This document shows positions 38,601-53,600 of a DNA stretch of 64,000 nt, piece by piece. Below the pieces are notes generated by a model. The model was not told the origin of the DNA, did not search any database, and saw only the letters and a program-made list of their open reading frames with translations. Origin of the DNA: Mytilus edulis. Its lineage: Eukaryota. The position numbers and the translations under genes were made by a program. Location of the stretch: NCBI RefSeq assembly GCF_963676685.1, contig NC_092345.1, positions 46,500,001 through 46,564,000 on the forward strand. Direction: 5' to 3'. Each line of letters opens with the position of its first letter. Within the stretch, counting starts at the first letter, position 1.

Positions 38601-41600
38601 GTAACCTGTGAATGTTTCTATGGTACTAGAATACTCTTTAAATGCAAATGTCTAGGCATCTTCATTCAACACAAAGAATTTTTTTTTAGTCGCTTGCAAT
38701 AAAAATAAATCATACATGTCTCTCATGTTTCCTCGTTTATACATACATTAGAAACTGCAATGGTCCGTTTATTTACCTTAGCTTTGGATCATTGATGCTC
38801 TTCAACTCGTACTTACAGTGTAAGGATTGTATTTTATGAACTGTTTAAGACAAAACTTTAGACACCATCATTCTACACAAAGGTACATACTTTAATTCCC
38901 TTTTGTTTATACAGAATCAAAAACATACGGCGGTCATATTTGTTTCCATTGTGCACAAGTGGAACATCCAGGAAAATGTAACCAAATAACTTTATGCGGT
39001 CAAGGTCAAGTATGTAATTATTGGGTCTTTTGTTCTTCCTTTACCATGCTTGTTACTTCCCTCAATACATTTACAATTTAGCCTTTTTTATGTTTTTTAT
39101 TTGAACATCAGTGATGAAAATTTTTTGGCAGAAATGAAAGTATTTCGCACAATATTATAATCCTGGTATCTATGATAAATTTATTTACCTTATAAGTTCG
39201 ATCTTTGAATAAGTATTTCTCTTAGAATCGTACTAACGTCAAACCATTTACAATAATATCAACTGTTCATTATTACGATTCATTCAAAGAATATGAAGCC
39301 GTCTATCCAATTGAATCTGATACATACACATTGAAAATATTCATATAAAGCTTTTTCTACGTATGACCGATTGGGACATTCTATTGTTCAAATTTCTCAT
39401 TTCAAACTTGACACTTCTCTTTTCCATATAAAAATAAAGGTCACCGTATGGCCTTCAACAATGAACAAAATCCATATCAAATAGCAAGCAGTAGAGGCTC
39501 GAAATGATAAATGTTAAACAAAATCAAATGTGAAAACTAACGGCCTGATTTATGTATACAACAAAAAATGAAAAACAAATATGCTATACAGTAACAGATG
39601 ACAACCACTGAATTACAGTGTCCGGAATGTGGACATGCACATTAAGAATGTGACGGGGATAAACGTGCTTGTCGTCAGTTAACCCTTCTTCCGACATGGG
39701 ACTGTGGTGAAATAGCACAACATACGAACAAACTTAATAATTCGTTTGAAAAGGCCGTTACTTATCAGTTCGATACAGATAACTAGACAACTATAAGAAA
39801 AACGTAAAACACAAAGTACAGATCTGAGAGTAATGCCATAAAATTATTTTCAAGCTTAAAACAACAAATAAACACGTTCTTACGACTAATATATCATTTA
39901 GTTCACATCCAGCATCCAATATATGCTACATGACATCGTCTTATTGTCGCTAGAGCAATCAAACAGCTACCACTAGCTACCACTAGAAGAACGGCATATT
40001 TCAAAAGGAGTTTTCGGTAGTAAATATTCATTATTAATTTGACACTTTTTATGCCATCATACCTTTGTTTACCGTTCTGGAAAAGCTGTATCACATGATT
40101 AAAGGTATGTTCGATTTTTCGTAGCCACGTCCTACTATTTCTATGGTTTTCCTATCAATACTTACTTCTCATCAACGAAGTTTCACTTGTTATTGACAAC
40201 ACAACAGTTGACACAAGTGGAACAGGCGTAACTTATCATAGTGTTGTCAGTTTATTTTCAATCTTTGAGTTTGACTGTCACTCTGGTATTTTTCGACCCT
40301 CTTTTTTATCCTTCCTAAATTAATGAGTTATGAGTGTATTAATTTATATAGATATCTAGGTAAAAAATAACAATGAATAATCATGTAAAAATAATGAAGT
40401 TAAAGGAGTAGAATTAATATGGTATATGCGCCACTGATGATTCTTATGAAGATAAAACGAACGACGGCGTCTTGTGTATCGAAATGCAAGCATTGTATCC
40501 TTACTGATTTTGTTTACCATTATAACTGTACATTTAAATTAGAATGTTTTTTTAATCATTTTGCAGTCTTGTAAAGTGGTCCAATACATCAACATGTTTT
40601 CCAAGAGGCCGAATTACAGTTCCGGATGTGAGGAACGTGACGTAAGATCATACATCTATTTCTTTTTATTAAAAAAATTGATTGTTAGTAAGAACGAATT
40701 AAAACAATGATGATCTTTTATGTGAAATTTACTGTTTAGAACGAGTTTTAACTGATAAGTAGGAACAGTATTGCGAAGTCACATTGACTTCGCAATTGTT
40801 ATTGTCTCCGAATAATGAAGTTTTCTGAATTAGTTCATTTTAAACGTCTAGGAAAGAATTCAGAAATAATAGAATTGGAGAAAGACAAAGATCTGGAACT
40901 TCATAAATATTGCATCATATGAGATTAACCGTTTTTTTTGTAAAGCTTATACAATATTGTACTACTTGCAGTAAAAGCTAAACATTTCAAGGATTGTGTT
41001 CAATCAAGCTTTGGAAGATGATAATAACTTCAATGTATAGAACATACCCTCAAACTATCAACTTTTTTGAATGATTTAAAATGCAAACATAATAATATGG
41101 GAAAAAAACCTACTGATACTGGCTATATAGAGTTTTTATCATTAATACATCCACCTGATGATATTAGCTGCTATCTGTATTGTATCTTTTCAGGAGTGTA
41201 ATTTACTAAATGACAGCACAGAATGCTGCGATTCAGATTTCTGTAATGATAATCTACGTACGTATTCTTTTCTTTTCTATATTATAAAAAAATAAGTGCT
41301 GTGGTATGACTACCACATACATTAATTATCAAACGAATCGTATATTAGTACATATAGGTCACCGTATGGCTTTTCATAATAATAAAAAAAAGTCACCCTG
41401 AAGTGAAAAACGAAAAACAAATAAGGCCTGATTTATTAAAAAAAAACATTGGACTAAGCCATTGAATTTTAAGATCCATACTTGAAACAGACATAATTGT
41501 GAATGTGCGTGGTTCATCTTTTTGTGAGTGCTCATTCTACCCCTCAATCGTTCTAATATAAATACAAACGACAGAAAGAGCCAATCTGTGAATAATTACT

Positions 41601-44600
41601 CTTACAATATATTTCCAGTTAAATTAATGTCTATTGACGTTTTATGTTGATGTTTGTACATACGAATCGTTTATGTTCAATACCGTTTACCAATTATTCA
41701 GCGATCAAAATTTATTATAACATAACACGTAAAACGTTTATGTGAATCAATAGCTAAAAATATCTTTTAAAAAACGACTAAATTCGCTTAGTGTATTGTT
41801 TGTCTTCAGAAAGGACCAGTTTTAATAAATGAAAAGTACACATCATAAATGGCATGCATCGACGATATTTTCTACATTATCTTTCATCAGAATCGTTTAA
41901 AACCGAATATTTGAAAGCTAAATATGTATAAGAAACAAGACAGTTTAAGCGCTATCGAAACAACTTAAATCTGTGTTATTCAAATCCAAAACTTGATTAC
42001 TGTTTTTTTCTTCTTTGGAATTTGTTTAACTAGAGATCCTAGTTTTTAATCTCTATGCCTTCTATTGAAACTGATCTGGTTGAGGTATCTGTAAATATTA
42101 GTATTCTGGTATTTATTTTAGCTTGCAAAGTAAGACTGAACGATAATCCAGTTCTAAGTATACCATACATAAACCAAGATGGAAATGTGAAATTTAACTG
42201 TACATTTAGGAGTTCAACATCTAGGACGGACGTTGTGTACAAAGTGTCATGGACTGTAGATGGTCACCCTTTGAAGAACAGAAATGGAATTGATGAAGTT
42301 ACTTTATTAAGTTCATACGAACACGTTGCTATTTTAGATGCATACAATCTTAATGGAAACCTTAATAAAATGGTATATTATCACATTATAATATCTTATA
42401 AGACACGTATATGCGTCGTAAAGGTGTAACACCACCAATCATCAAGTATGTCACATCCAGTTAAAAACGACAAAGATTTGAAACATATTCTCTTAAATTT
42501 GACAGTTGTAGGCAATTAACTCTACATTTCATTGCAGTAAAACATTGCTGGGTCATAAACCTATACCTTGGGTGTTTCAAAGCATCATTTAAGTTTTACT
42601 TGTTGTTTCTATTGAATAATTTGAAGGCTTGAGGTAACATGGTTCCTAAAGCTTCTTCAAAAAGTTCAAATTTTACATTGACCAATAGCGGAAAATAAAT
42701 GGTGGTATTACACCTAAACGAAGGAAACGTTTATAAGCCTGTTACCTTTGATAACTATTAGTATGTCAAAATGACCTTTTGTATGGTTTATGGTGAATCC
42801 TGAATGTTTTTGCTTTTATTTGTACTGTAATCCTGTCACGTAAGGTTGTCATTTTAGTGTTAATTTAACATTGTCATGAAAGCGCGATGTTTTCCTAGCC
42901 ACAAAACTAGATTCAACCCACCTTTTTTTCTAAAAATGTCATGTCCTAAGATAGAAAATGGCAGTTGTTATCTTATAGTTTGTTTCTGTGTGTGTAAAAT
43001 TATCGTTTTTTTCATTGGCGCACTTCTATGTTTCTGTTGTTTCGTTCTTTTCCTCTTGTGTCTGATGTGTTTCTCTCGGTTTTGGTTTGTGGCCCGGATT
43101 TTTTTTCTCTCAATCGATTTGTGAATTTCGAACAGCAGTATTCTACTGTTGCCTTTATATTTACCAAAAGTATGATATGAACACATCCACGTCAATGAGA
43201 CAGTCACTTAGCGATAGAAACTGCTTTTACTTTCAATAAGGAATCAACACGTCGTCTTTGACAGTGGCATGTAGTTTAAATTTTTGCCTTAAATCGCACA
43301 GTATGAATATTTAACAAATACTATCAGAGATCTACCATCATCTCCACATCTTGATAAAACTCATTAAAATATTGTAAAACACTACCACTTACGAGTTTCC
43401 TGATTTTGGACAGGTACATTCGAAGTTTAAGAAGATTGTCGAAATTTCAACTTATTTAAAAATAGATTGGTGGAATTGCAGATTGAACCAACCACATACG
43501 AGATATACAAAAAAATAAAGGTTCTTTGATCAATGTGATTTCACAAAAAAATGAAAAATTAGGATATTATATAATTTTAAATATTGAAATCTAAAATTTA
43601 GCACTTTATCATCAATTCTCAACTCCATATTGAATATAATTTAAGCTCCGGTGTAAGGTTGAACCACAGTGTAGTATTGGTGATCCCTTACCTGGATCAC
43701 ACAGTAATGGCTACTGGGTAGGAATAAAGGTAAATATTGGCAAACATTCAGTTGATTAATTTATCTTCCTTGCTTAGCTACATGTAGCAAATATTAGGCG
43801 ATATTTAGAACGACTGGGTATTACTAGTTTTGATAATAAAAAAATCGACTTTAAAAGAATTGGAAGAAAGCTATACACAATATGACAATATTTGAACAAA
43901 TAATATTACGTTTCAGCTGTATGAAGTGAAGAGATTATGGGAGAAGAAATGCAAGGAAATTAACACCAAAACGAAAAAAATAATTGTAGACAGTTTCTAC
44001 TGCTTAATTTATAAAGAACACAAACCTCTTACTTCGAGTACAATTAAGCAATATGAAAATATGTTCAGTTTATTTTCACTATCTTAAATGGGCGTAAGGT
44101 AAATTCTGTTCCATTACATTAATAAAACAAATTGATACCTTTCAATAATTTCAAACAATTTTTACTTAACAAATATTAGTTGTACACAAAGGCAATGATA
44201 TCTTGCCGGGTGTTGTAAATTAAGTACTCATTCCAATCATCGTTTGCTTCTGTAGATATCACCACAAAGAATATATCATACAGTAGAACAGAATATAACA
44301 CTGGTATCTACATTGCCAGTAATCAGTAGTGATGGGTTACATAAACTATATGTTGGTCCACAGATAGAAAGTACAGGTATTTAAAATGATTACAAGTTAA
44401 AACGTCGTAAAAATGTCACATTGATAAGAGATGAAGGGATTTAAGCCACTGAAATAGCGACACAACAATACCAAAACGACATCCAAGAGATGAACAAACG
44501 CTCACCAACAACAAACATATGCCTATGTATTATGCCGGTCTCTAAATTACCCGGGTTTAATAATGAGATGCTACTCAATATATTCCATTCAATGCCATAT

Positions 44601-47600
44601 TGACCCTCAATAGAATTATAAAACTATAATAAAAACAAGTGATGACCAGGTTCCAGTTTTGGAACCAGCCATTTAAATCATACGGAGTAAAAGATTATTA
44701 AATAAGTATACCAGACTTTTGATCTCTTGAACAAGATGTTTTTTGTTCCCATCAGACTCATCAGTGGTACTCGATTTAAAAATATTAAAGGCAAGATTTA
44801 ATAATAATTCGAAGACCATTGCAACTTCAGGTAAAGTGAAGATCGTGTTGTTTTCCTGATCTCTATGTAGCTTCATCTTGTAAAGCATTTGGGTAAATTC
44901 ATAAATTCACTTTCGATAGAAACAAAAAGAACAGAATTGCCATTTTAACAATTAAACTGATATGTGAGGGAAACGATGATAAATAGCACCTTTAATCACT
45001 TTTAAGGCCTTAAAATAGTGAATATAAAATTGAGAATAGAGTAAATAACAGCAGAAGGTCACCAATACATATCGTTTGTGTGGCACAAAAATGCTGCCTA
45101 CAGTAAAATTCAGAAGCTAAATGAATTAGTAAGGAAATTAAAATTGCAAATTTTCGCTGCTGATGATAAAACACGTTATATTATCTATTTCAGGTCAGAA
45201 TTCAACTCCGTGTAAATACCCTTTTGAATGGGATCCGTTTACTAGAAAGTACATCAGTACGATACCTGTTCGTAGTCTGCCACACTCATTTTACAAGACT
45301 TCCGACAAGTTATTCTTTAGACAACTGAAGGATTTAAATTTTCCAATATTTCGGAACTACAATTTGCCAATTGTTCAGATAGGAGTAAGTTTTCATTAAC
45401 AATAACAATAATACAATTGAGAAAAATATCACTTCAAAAAAGACTAAATGCATACATTTGTTCATCTTTATAACAATTAACGTTTTCGTATAACCTGAAC
45501 AGAAATATTTAGCATAACAAAACAACATACCACACCTGCAATATAAAAGAACAAACCATACTATGTTTGTCCCCATAGGCGATAATCAAATACGTTTTTT
45601 AACATTTACCATAGAACTGACTGTTTTTCGTAGTATTCTTGTATGAGATGAAAGTTAAAAAAAAACAATTAAATTTAAATATACACCCATACATATATTT
45701 TAAAAACAAACTACTAGTAATCGAAAATACCATCATATTAGAAATTGGTACACATTAAGAGCCTAAAATTTCGAATGGTTTGGCCAAATATAACTGACAT
45801 TTGACAGATACTATAAATAACATATTTTATATCATCTATGCATATTAATTTGAACTTTGGACTTTTCAAAGAGCTACGCCAGCCATGATGTATTCCATAG
45901 GTGTGAACTTAAGGAAGGACATGTAAACGTGTTTGACAACTCGTAAGCATTTACTTACCATTTTAGGAATATTGCAAATAATTTTTTATATGAAGAGGGA
46001 TATCATAAAGTCTATGTAAATACGCCGTTTTAGATTCCAAAGAAGTGTCGGAAGTGTCATTGTGTGTATATGAAAAAGACAATTACGTCAAGACAGACGT
46101 TTAATTTCAAGTATTTAAGACGGTATTAGCTAATCCTAACGTTTTTGCATCATAATCTGAAACGACGATTTCATCGTAACAAATTAATTCATAGATTTTT
46201 TTTAAGTAAAAAAAAATGTTTTAAGTAAAAAAAAAATGAAACGAATTACACCATTAAACTTGAGGGTATGAATAGAATTACATATAAGAGTATAATGAGC
46301 GATACAAAATAACAATTAAAAAAAGATTTTTTAAAATGTGAAGAATACAGAAATAAAGATCCCATTATGACTCTCACGCTTAACAAGTGAGTTATTTCAG
46401 TAAAAACAAATTGCCGATCTGCCTATCTTTCAAACAGCAAAACTCAATATCTCCCCTTACGAAATTTATTATATGTAGTTAACCTGTGTCATCGCATTGT
46501 AAAGAGAAAAAACATGTTTGATGTATTATGTAGGATGGAGGGTTATTTCGCTGTGTTAAGGACCTATTTGTTAACTTATGGGTTTTTTTGGCTCTTTGAC
46601 ATACATCCCATTTCCATTCTCAATTTTATGATGATTCTGCATGTAGTACATTGAATAGGCAGTTGAAGGTTTTACATAGGTATCTAAATACATTTGGAAT
46701 AACCATTTACGCGTTGTTTTACATTAACTCACTTGAGTCTCTCCAACTAAGTTTAAAAAGACTTAAGTAAGGAAATAAGAAAGGAACACGATCCTACATG
46801 CAGTACTTACAGTCATTTCAAATTGTAATTTAACATCACTGTTTGCTTAATCAATTTTATTTGTGTTTTATTCTTTTTTAATCTATAGGAAAATAGATTA
46901 CCTTTCTTTTCACTTTAAAGACAAAGAAAATTTAACTCTATTGCCTCTCTTTTTCTCTTTTTAATAGGACACTAGATGCCTCAGCATATTCATATTTAGA
47001 ACTTTACAAAACAAATTCCACACCCACGATTGAGGTAAGTGTAATAGAACCTAGCATTAATTTACCATAGTTTTACGGATTTTTTTTTTATATCATGTAC
47101 CACTGAAGCAAACATTACGTCAAGAACTTCTACTGTATCTGTTACTAATTATTACTTTGATGTCACGGAATATTTATGTTTCAGTAACAAATAGGAAGAA
47201 CAAATTTACCAATTGAATGTAGCTTAACAAATCTTACTCATTACATCCTCCAAAAGAGGGACGAAAAATACCAGAGGGACAATCAAACTCATAAATCGAA
47301 AACAAACTGACGACACCATGGCTAAAAATGAAAAGGACAAACAGACAAACAATAGTACACATGACACAACATAAAAAACTAAAGAATAAACAACACGAAC
47401 CCCACCAAAAACGAGGGGTAATCTCAGGTGCTCCGGAAGGGTAAGCAGATCCTGCTCCATATGTGCCCCCGTCGTGTTGCTTATGAGATAACAAATCCGG
47501 TAAATAGTCCAATTCGGTAGGTCACATTTATGAAAGGGAAGTGGATTGTAGTTACGACGTAAGGAACATATCTAATATCATTTGTGAAACGGTTATTCCA

Positions 47601-50600
47601 TAACGGCCAACCAACTCGTGATGGCGTCCGTAAAATTTACGAAGAGATGATTTCAACTTCACCGTTTGGAACTCTTTATTTAATAGCTTCCTTGTGAGCA
47701 ACAACCCTCTATCAAGAAAATCATGATAGGAAATGCAAGCACGGGAATATCGTATCAATTGGGAGATATATACACTGTGCAGGTGCTGCTGGAATAATGC
47801 TACTTAGAAATGGAAAGTTCACAATTGGAAAGCTGAAATCCTCTCTTTTGTCGTAAAGTTTTGTTTTCAATCGACCATCATTGTAAATTTCTAGATGTAA
47901 GTCAAGATATGAGGCCGACTTAGCTGTATCTGTTGTATCCTTTATCTCTAGTTCAATGGGATAGATGCATTCGACGTAGTCACCAAATTTTGAATTATTT
48001 AGTGAAAGGCATCTGCGAAGTAAAGAAAGTTGTTCCAATTACCAATCGTAAAATTAAGAGAATCTTAGATGGAAATATCAAATGTAGAACATTATAACTA
48101 ATGGTTAATGCTAACGAATACAATTGTGTTAGTATTTATTATCAGCTGTAACACTAGGCAATTACTTAATACACATGTATCCTTCATTTTAAATAAAACG
48201 TTAGAATAATTTACTTCGACAGTTCATTTATATATCACTTTGTCAGTAAATGTATCTCATAAAATACACAGGTCCAAGTAAAAAGACAACCTTGTGGCAA
48301 TAAAAACTGCTCTTGTGCGATTATTGTTCGTGAAGGGAACGACGCCGTACAAATAGATACTTGCGGGCAGACAACATCAATTATCCCAGAAGTTACGTAT
48401 TTATCAAACACTTCGGAAAAACACATGAGCATGCACCAAACAGATGACGGATTATTTTTTCGCGTGAGTAAACTATTAGCATTGTTTTGTCATGTGTATT
48501 TACAATTGCGGCAGTTTTACGAACGCTTATGACAATCTGAGTCGGTTCTTTATATAGTACTTTCATTATGTTAAATATGCATTTACGCTGTGAACTAAAC
48601 TTTCAAAAAAGTAATTAACACATAAGCATTATTCCTGTAAACTACTTGTAAGTACACTTTTTTTTCAAACTGATATGGTAGCTAATCGTATTCAATAAAC
48701 TCATCATAGATACCAAGATTAAATTTTGTATTTAAGCCAGACGCGTGTTTCGTCTATAAAAGACTCATCAGTGACCCTCGAATTCAAATAAGTTAAAAAG
48801 GCCAAATAAAGTACGAAGTTGAAGAGCATTGAGGACCCTTACAGTCCACTCAAAACCTTTGTTATACGAGACATGCTAATGTTAGTTTACTTTTTCTTTA
48901 TTATTGTACATGTTATAATGGTTATCAAGCCATACCATGGCAAAACTATTTCATTGCATTATTCTGCATCGAAAATGGCTTGAAATGTTTTTTGTAACAT
49001 CCAATTACTAGTAGTATACACTCATTTTCTTGTTCATTTACGTAACTAAAATTTACAGAATTTATTAACCGGTTATATATTAAAACTAGTGTATACATAT
49101 GAGCACATATTTCACTTGAATAATACTCATTTGTTGGTTTTTGAGTTACGTTCGTCATAAATTACAGGTCACAGTATTGTCTGGTTCAAATATAACAGTA
49201 AATTTGACCGGGTCGGATCCAGACATGCATGTAGTGTTGTCAATCTTAGACCAAGACAAGAATCCTCCTGGCGGGATTTGTGGGAATGAAATATGGTTAT
49301 TTATACCTGGTATTGGAAATGTAGCAGCAAATGGTCAAAAGGAACAAGAATTTCTTAAAGCATGGACGTAAGTATCTCATCATTACACCTTTCATTTTTT
49401 TCATTAAGTTTATTAAGGCACTTGTTTTCTACATTTTTTCTACTCCTTATTTCATATATAAAGTTAAATCTTTGTTGTTGGACTTTACAAACCAGACTAT
49501 TAAGGAAGTAGATTATTTATATTTGTTTTATATTATTTAATGGTTTTGTACCGACCGAAAGCTCTGGGAAATTGTTTTAACTAGGAAGGTCCCTTGTCAA
49601 ATTGCAAAATCAAAAGCTCAAAAGTCGAAAATGGTGGATTAAAACCTCGTTTTAGAGCTAGCTATACCTTTCACTTATTTGACCATCAGATGAAGTATCC
49701 AACTTCTATGGATAGAATTTCATTATCTTGACAACCTTTTGTTAACAAAACAAACAGTCATAACAGGAACAATGTCAAAAAGATGGGTACAGCAGTAAAC
49801 GTTGTTTATTTTAATCACTTTTAAAATGATTTAATATGTCAACAAAGAACAACAAAATGGCATATAGACAAAACACATTAGCAAAAATAAAAAACAGGAA
49901 TACAAAATATGACTATATTTTATTGGTGGAATGTATAAGTACCTAGCCACGACAACAGACTATTGCCAACAATGAACTAAACAGTAAAGGTTATACTTTA
50001 TAAATAAGACAAATAAAAGAACACTTTAACACGTTAGCAAGATAACACACTACGTAAAAAACATATTTACTGAACTTCAATACCATCGAGTGTTATTTGT
50101 GAAGTTGATACGGAATATTTAAAAAAAGGTCTTCGTATCTTCCAAATAGTTTTACATAGTTTGATTATTTCGATTCATAACTGCATTTTAACTATATTAC
50201 GAAATGTTAAACTTGGTATTTCGATATCCATGCAATAGCTATAGGGTCATGCGGTATTTACAGACATTATTGATTCGATTTTTTTCAAAAATATTAGTCA
50301 CAAACTTTTTCTACCAATCAGTGGAGCATACACTTCAGTGTTATCCAAAATCTTCTCCCCAAAATGGGCCCTTCATGATGACGTGTTTTTATTTATTAAC
50401 AAAATTTCCTATAAACGATATGATCAAATCAGTTGAGTTATTGAAGGTAAAATATTCGGATCCTCTATTGTAATTTGAAAAAAAAATACCGTCAAGGAAT
50501 CATTGGATGTTATTTTTGTTAACTTTTCAACATTTTATAAGGTATTTGATATTCATACATTTTTGTCACGATTATCACGATATCAATTTCGGATGGCTCA

Positions 50601-53600
50601 TCTTTGTCTGCATAAACCAACAAATATGTTCATGCGCCAGGCCAATTCAATGACACACATATACAATTAACGTGTGACGAGAGTTAAAAAATAAATTCAT
50701 TATCTCTAATTTTAAAGAATCATAAGGATTAAACGCCATTTTAAAGGAATTTATTAGTGTATAAACTCGACCAATTCACTCACAAATAAATAAAAAATCA
50801 AAACAGTCATATTTATATAAAACAAAATCAAAGAAATAAGGTGTATAAGAATAACGTGTCAACTGTAAATCTGGCATACTGGCATGATAATGTTCCATTT
50901 GAGCCTACAGTTTATTACTTAATGAATTGTGTAACACACATGTATTAATAATTTCATGTTCCTTTTCTAATCATAAGTGTTTAAATTTAAATGAAAATAG
51001 TTTCGGTAGGTATACCCAAATGCGACAGACGGTCCATAAGTCGATACAGTTGTTACCCATATGTTTTGCGAGTAACGTTAGCCAAATATTATAAAGAATT
51101 GAACTGAAAGTGTTACTTAGTTCTGAACAGTTAAAAAAACTAAACTAATAAAATTCGGTTAATTCAGAGATTTATTTTTAAGTCAGTTAAGATCTCTTCA
51201 GTTTTATCTTCAGATTGTTTAGTAGGTTTTTTTACCTTTAAAAAAAATACTGAATGGTGTGAAACTTTTTTTATTAAAAGAACTGGAGTCACTGTAATCA
51301 AAACGGTCTGAGCAGAACTGAATTAAAACACAAAAATATTTAAAAAAAAACTTTTATCAAGACTATTGATTTTTAGTTTAAGAAATTTTAGATGATGTTA
51401 ATATCAAAACGAAGTTTTAGACTAAACTTTATCTTCTTGTAAGAGTGAACGAATAACATTCTTATAAGTATTTATCATCCGTAGCACCAGGCATTTACTT
51501 GAAAAAGTTAGAAAATATTTATATATCACTTAAATAAACAGTAAATGTATCTCATAAAATACACAGGTCCAAGTAAAAAGACAACCTTGTGGTTATAAAA
51601 ACTGTTCTTGTGCGATTATTGTTCGTGAAGGGAACGACGCCGTACAAATAGATACCTGCGGGAAGACAACACCAATTATCCAAGAGGTTACGTATTTATC
51701 AAACACTTCGACAAAACACATCAGCATCTACCAATCAGATGACGGATTATTTTTTCACGTGAGTAAACTTTTAGCAGTGTTTTATCATGTTTATAAAAGG
51801 TTGAGGTGGATTTATGAACGTTTAGGCCCATCTGTGTCGGTTCTTTATATATATTTTTTTTCATTATGATAAGAATGCATGTACGATATGAACTAAAATT
51901 TCAAAAAATTAACTAACAAATAAGTACTATTTTTGTAAACTACCAATAAGTACACTTTTCTTAAAATTTTATTTTAGTTCGTATTTAAAACCTTACAGTT
52001 TATATATCTGGTTCACTTTTCACAAGAAAAAAATGAAAAAATAAACAAAAAAACGCTCTTCAGAAATGCGAAAAGAACAAATTTACACATTATTAAAGAA
52101 CGTTTAATATTTTCTTATTTTAATGTTTATAACACGTTGACCGGGTCGGATCCAGACATGCATGTGGTGTTGCATTCAATTCTTTTCGTATACGAGACAT
52201 GCTATTGTCAGTTAAATGTATCTTTAAAATTGTAACGGTTATCGATCAATATAATGGCGAAATTACTTCAAAAATTTATTCTGCATTGAAAATGGCTTCA
52301 AAATTTTTTTCTGTAACATGAAATGACTTTTTTTTGTAACCAATGTGAACAAGATGGCGGCGATAATGTCAAAATCACTTCGCGTTAATCGTTTTTTTAA
52401 GTCAGTTAAGATCTCTTCAGTCTATCTTCAGATTGTTTAGTAGGTTTTTTTACCTTTAAAAAAAATACTGAATGGTGTGAAACTTTTTTTATTAAAAGAA
52501 CTGGAGTCACTGTAATCAAAACGGTCTGAGCAGAACTGAATTAAAACACAAAAATATTTAAAAAAAAACTTTTATCAAGACTATTGATTTTTAGTTTAAG
52601 AAATTTTAGATGATGTTAATATCAAAACGAAGTTTTAGACTAAACTTTATCTTCTTGTAAGGGTGAACGAATAACATTCTTTTAAGTATTTATCATCCGT
52701 AGCACCAGGCATTTACTTGAAAAAGTTAGAAAATATTTATATATCACTTAAATAAACAGTAAATGTATCTCATAAAATACACAGGTCCAAGTAAAATGAC
52801 AACCTTGTGGTTATAAAAACTGTTCTTGTGCGATTATTGTTCGTGAAGGGAACGACGCCGTACAAATAGATACCTGCGGGAAGACAACACCAATTATCCA
52901 AGAGGTTACGTATTTATCAAACACTTCGACAAAACACATCAGCATCTACCAATCAGATGACGGATTATTTTTTCACGTGAGTAAACTTTTAGCAGTGTTT
53001 TATCATGTTTATAAAAGGTTGAGGGGGATTTATGAACGTTTATGCCCATCTATGTCGGTTCTTTATATATATTTTTTTCATTATGATAAGTATGCATGTA
53101 CGATATGAACTAAAATTTCAAAAAATTAACTAACAAACAAGTACTATTTTTGTAAACTACCAATAAGTACACTTTTCTTAAAATTTTATTTTAGTTGATC
53201 GTATTTAAAACCTTACAGTTTATATATCTGGTTCACTTTTCACAAGAAAAAAATGAAAAAATAAACAAAAAAACGCTCTTCAGAAATGCGAAAAGAACAA
53301 ATTTACACATTATTAAAGTACGTTTAATATTTACTTATTTTAATGTTTATAACACGTTGACCGGGTCGGATCCATACATGCATGTGGTGTTGCATTCAAT
53401 TCTTTACGTATACGAGACATGCTATTGTCAGTTCAATGTATCTTTAAAATTGTAACGGTTATCGATCAATATAATGGCGAAATTACTTCAAAAATTTATT
53501 CTGCATTGAAAATGGCTTCAAATTTTTTTTCTGTAACATGAAATGACTATATACACACTCATTTCCTGTTAATTTAACGGAAATTGACAGAATGCATTAC

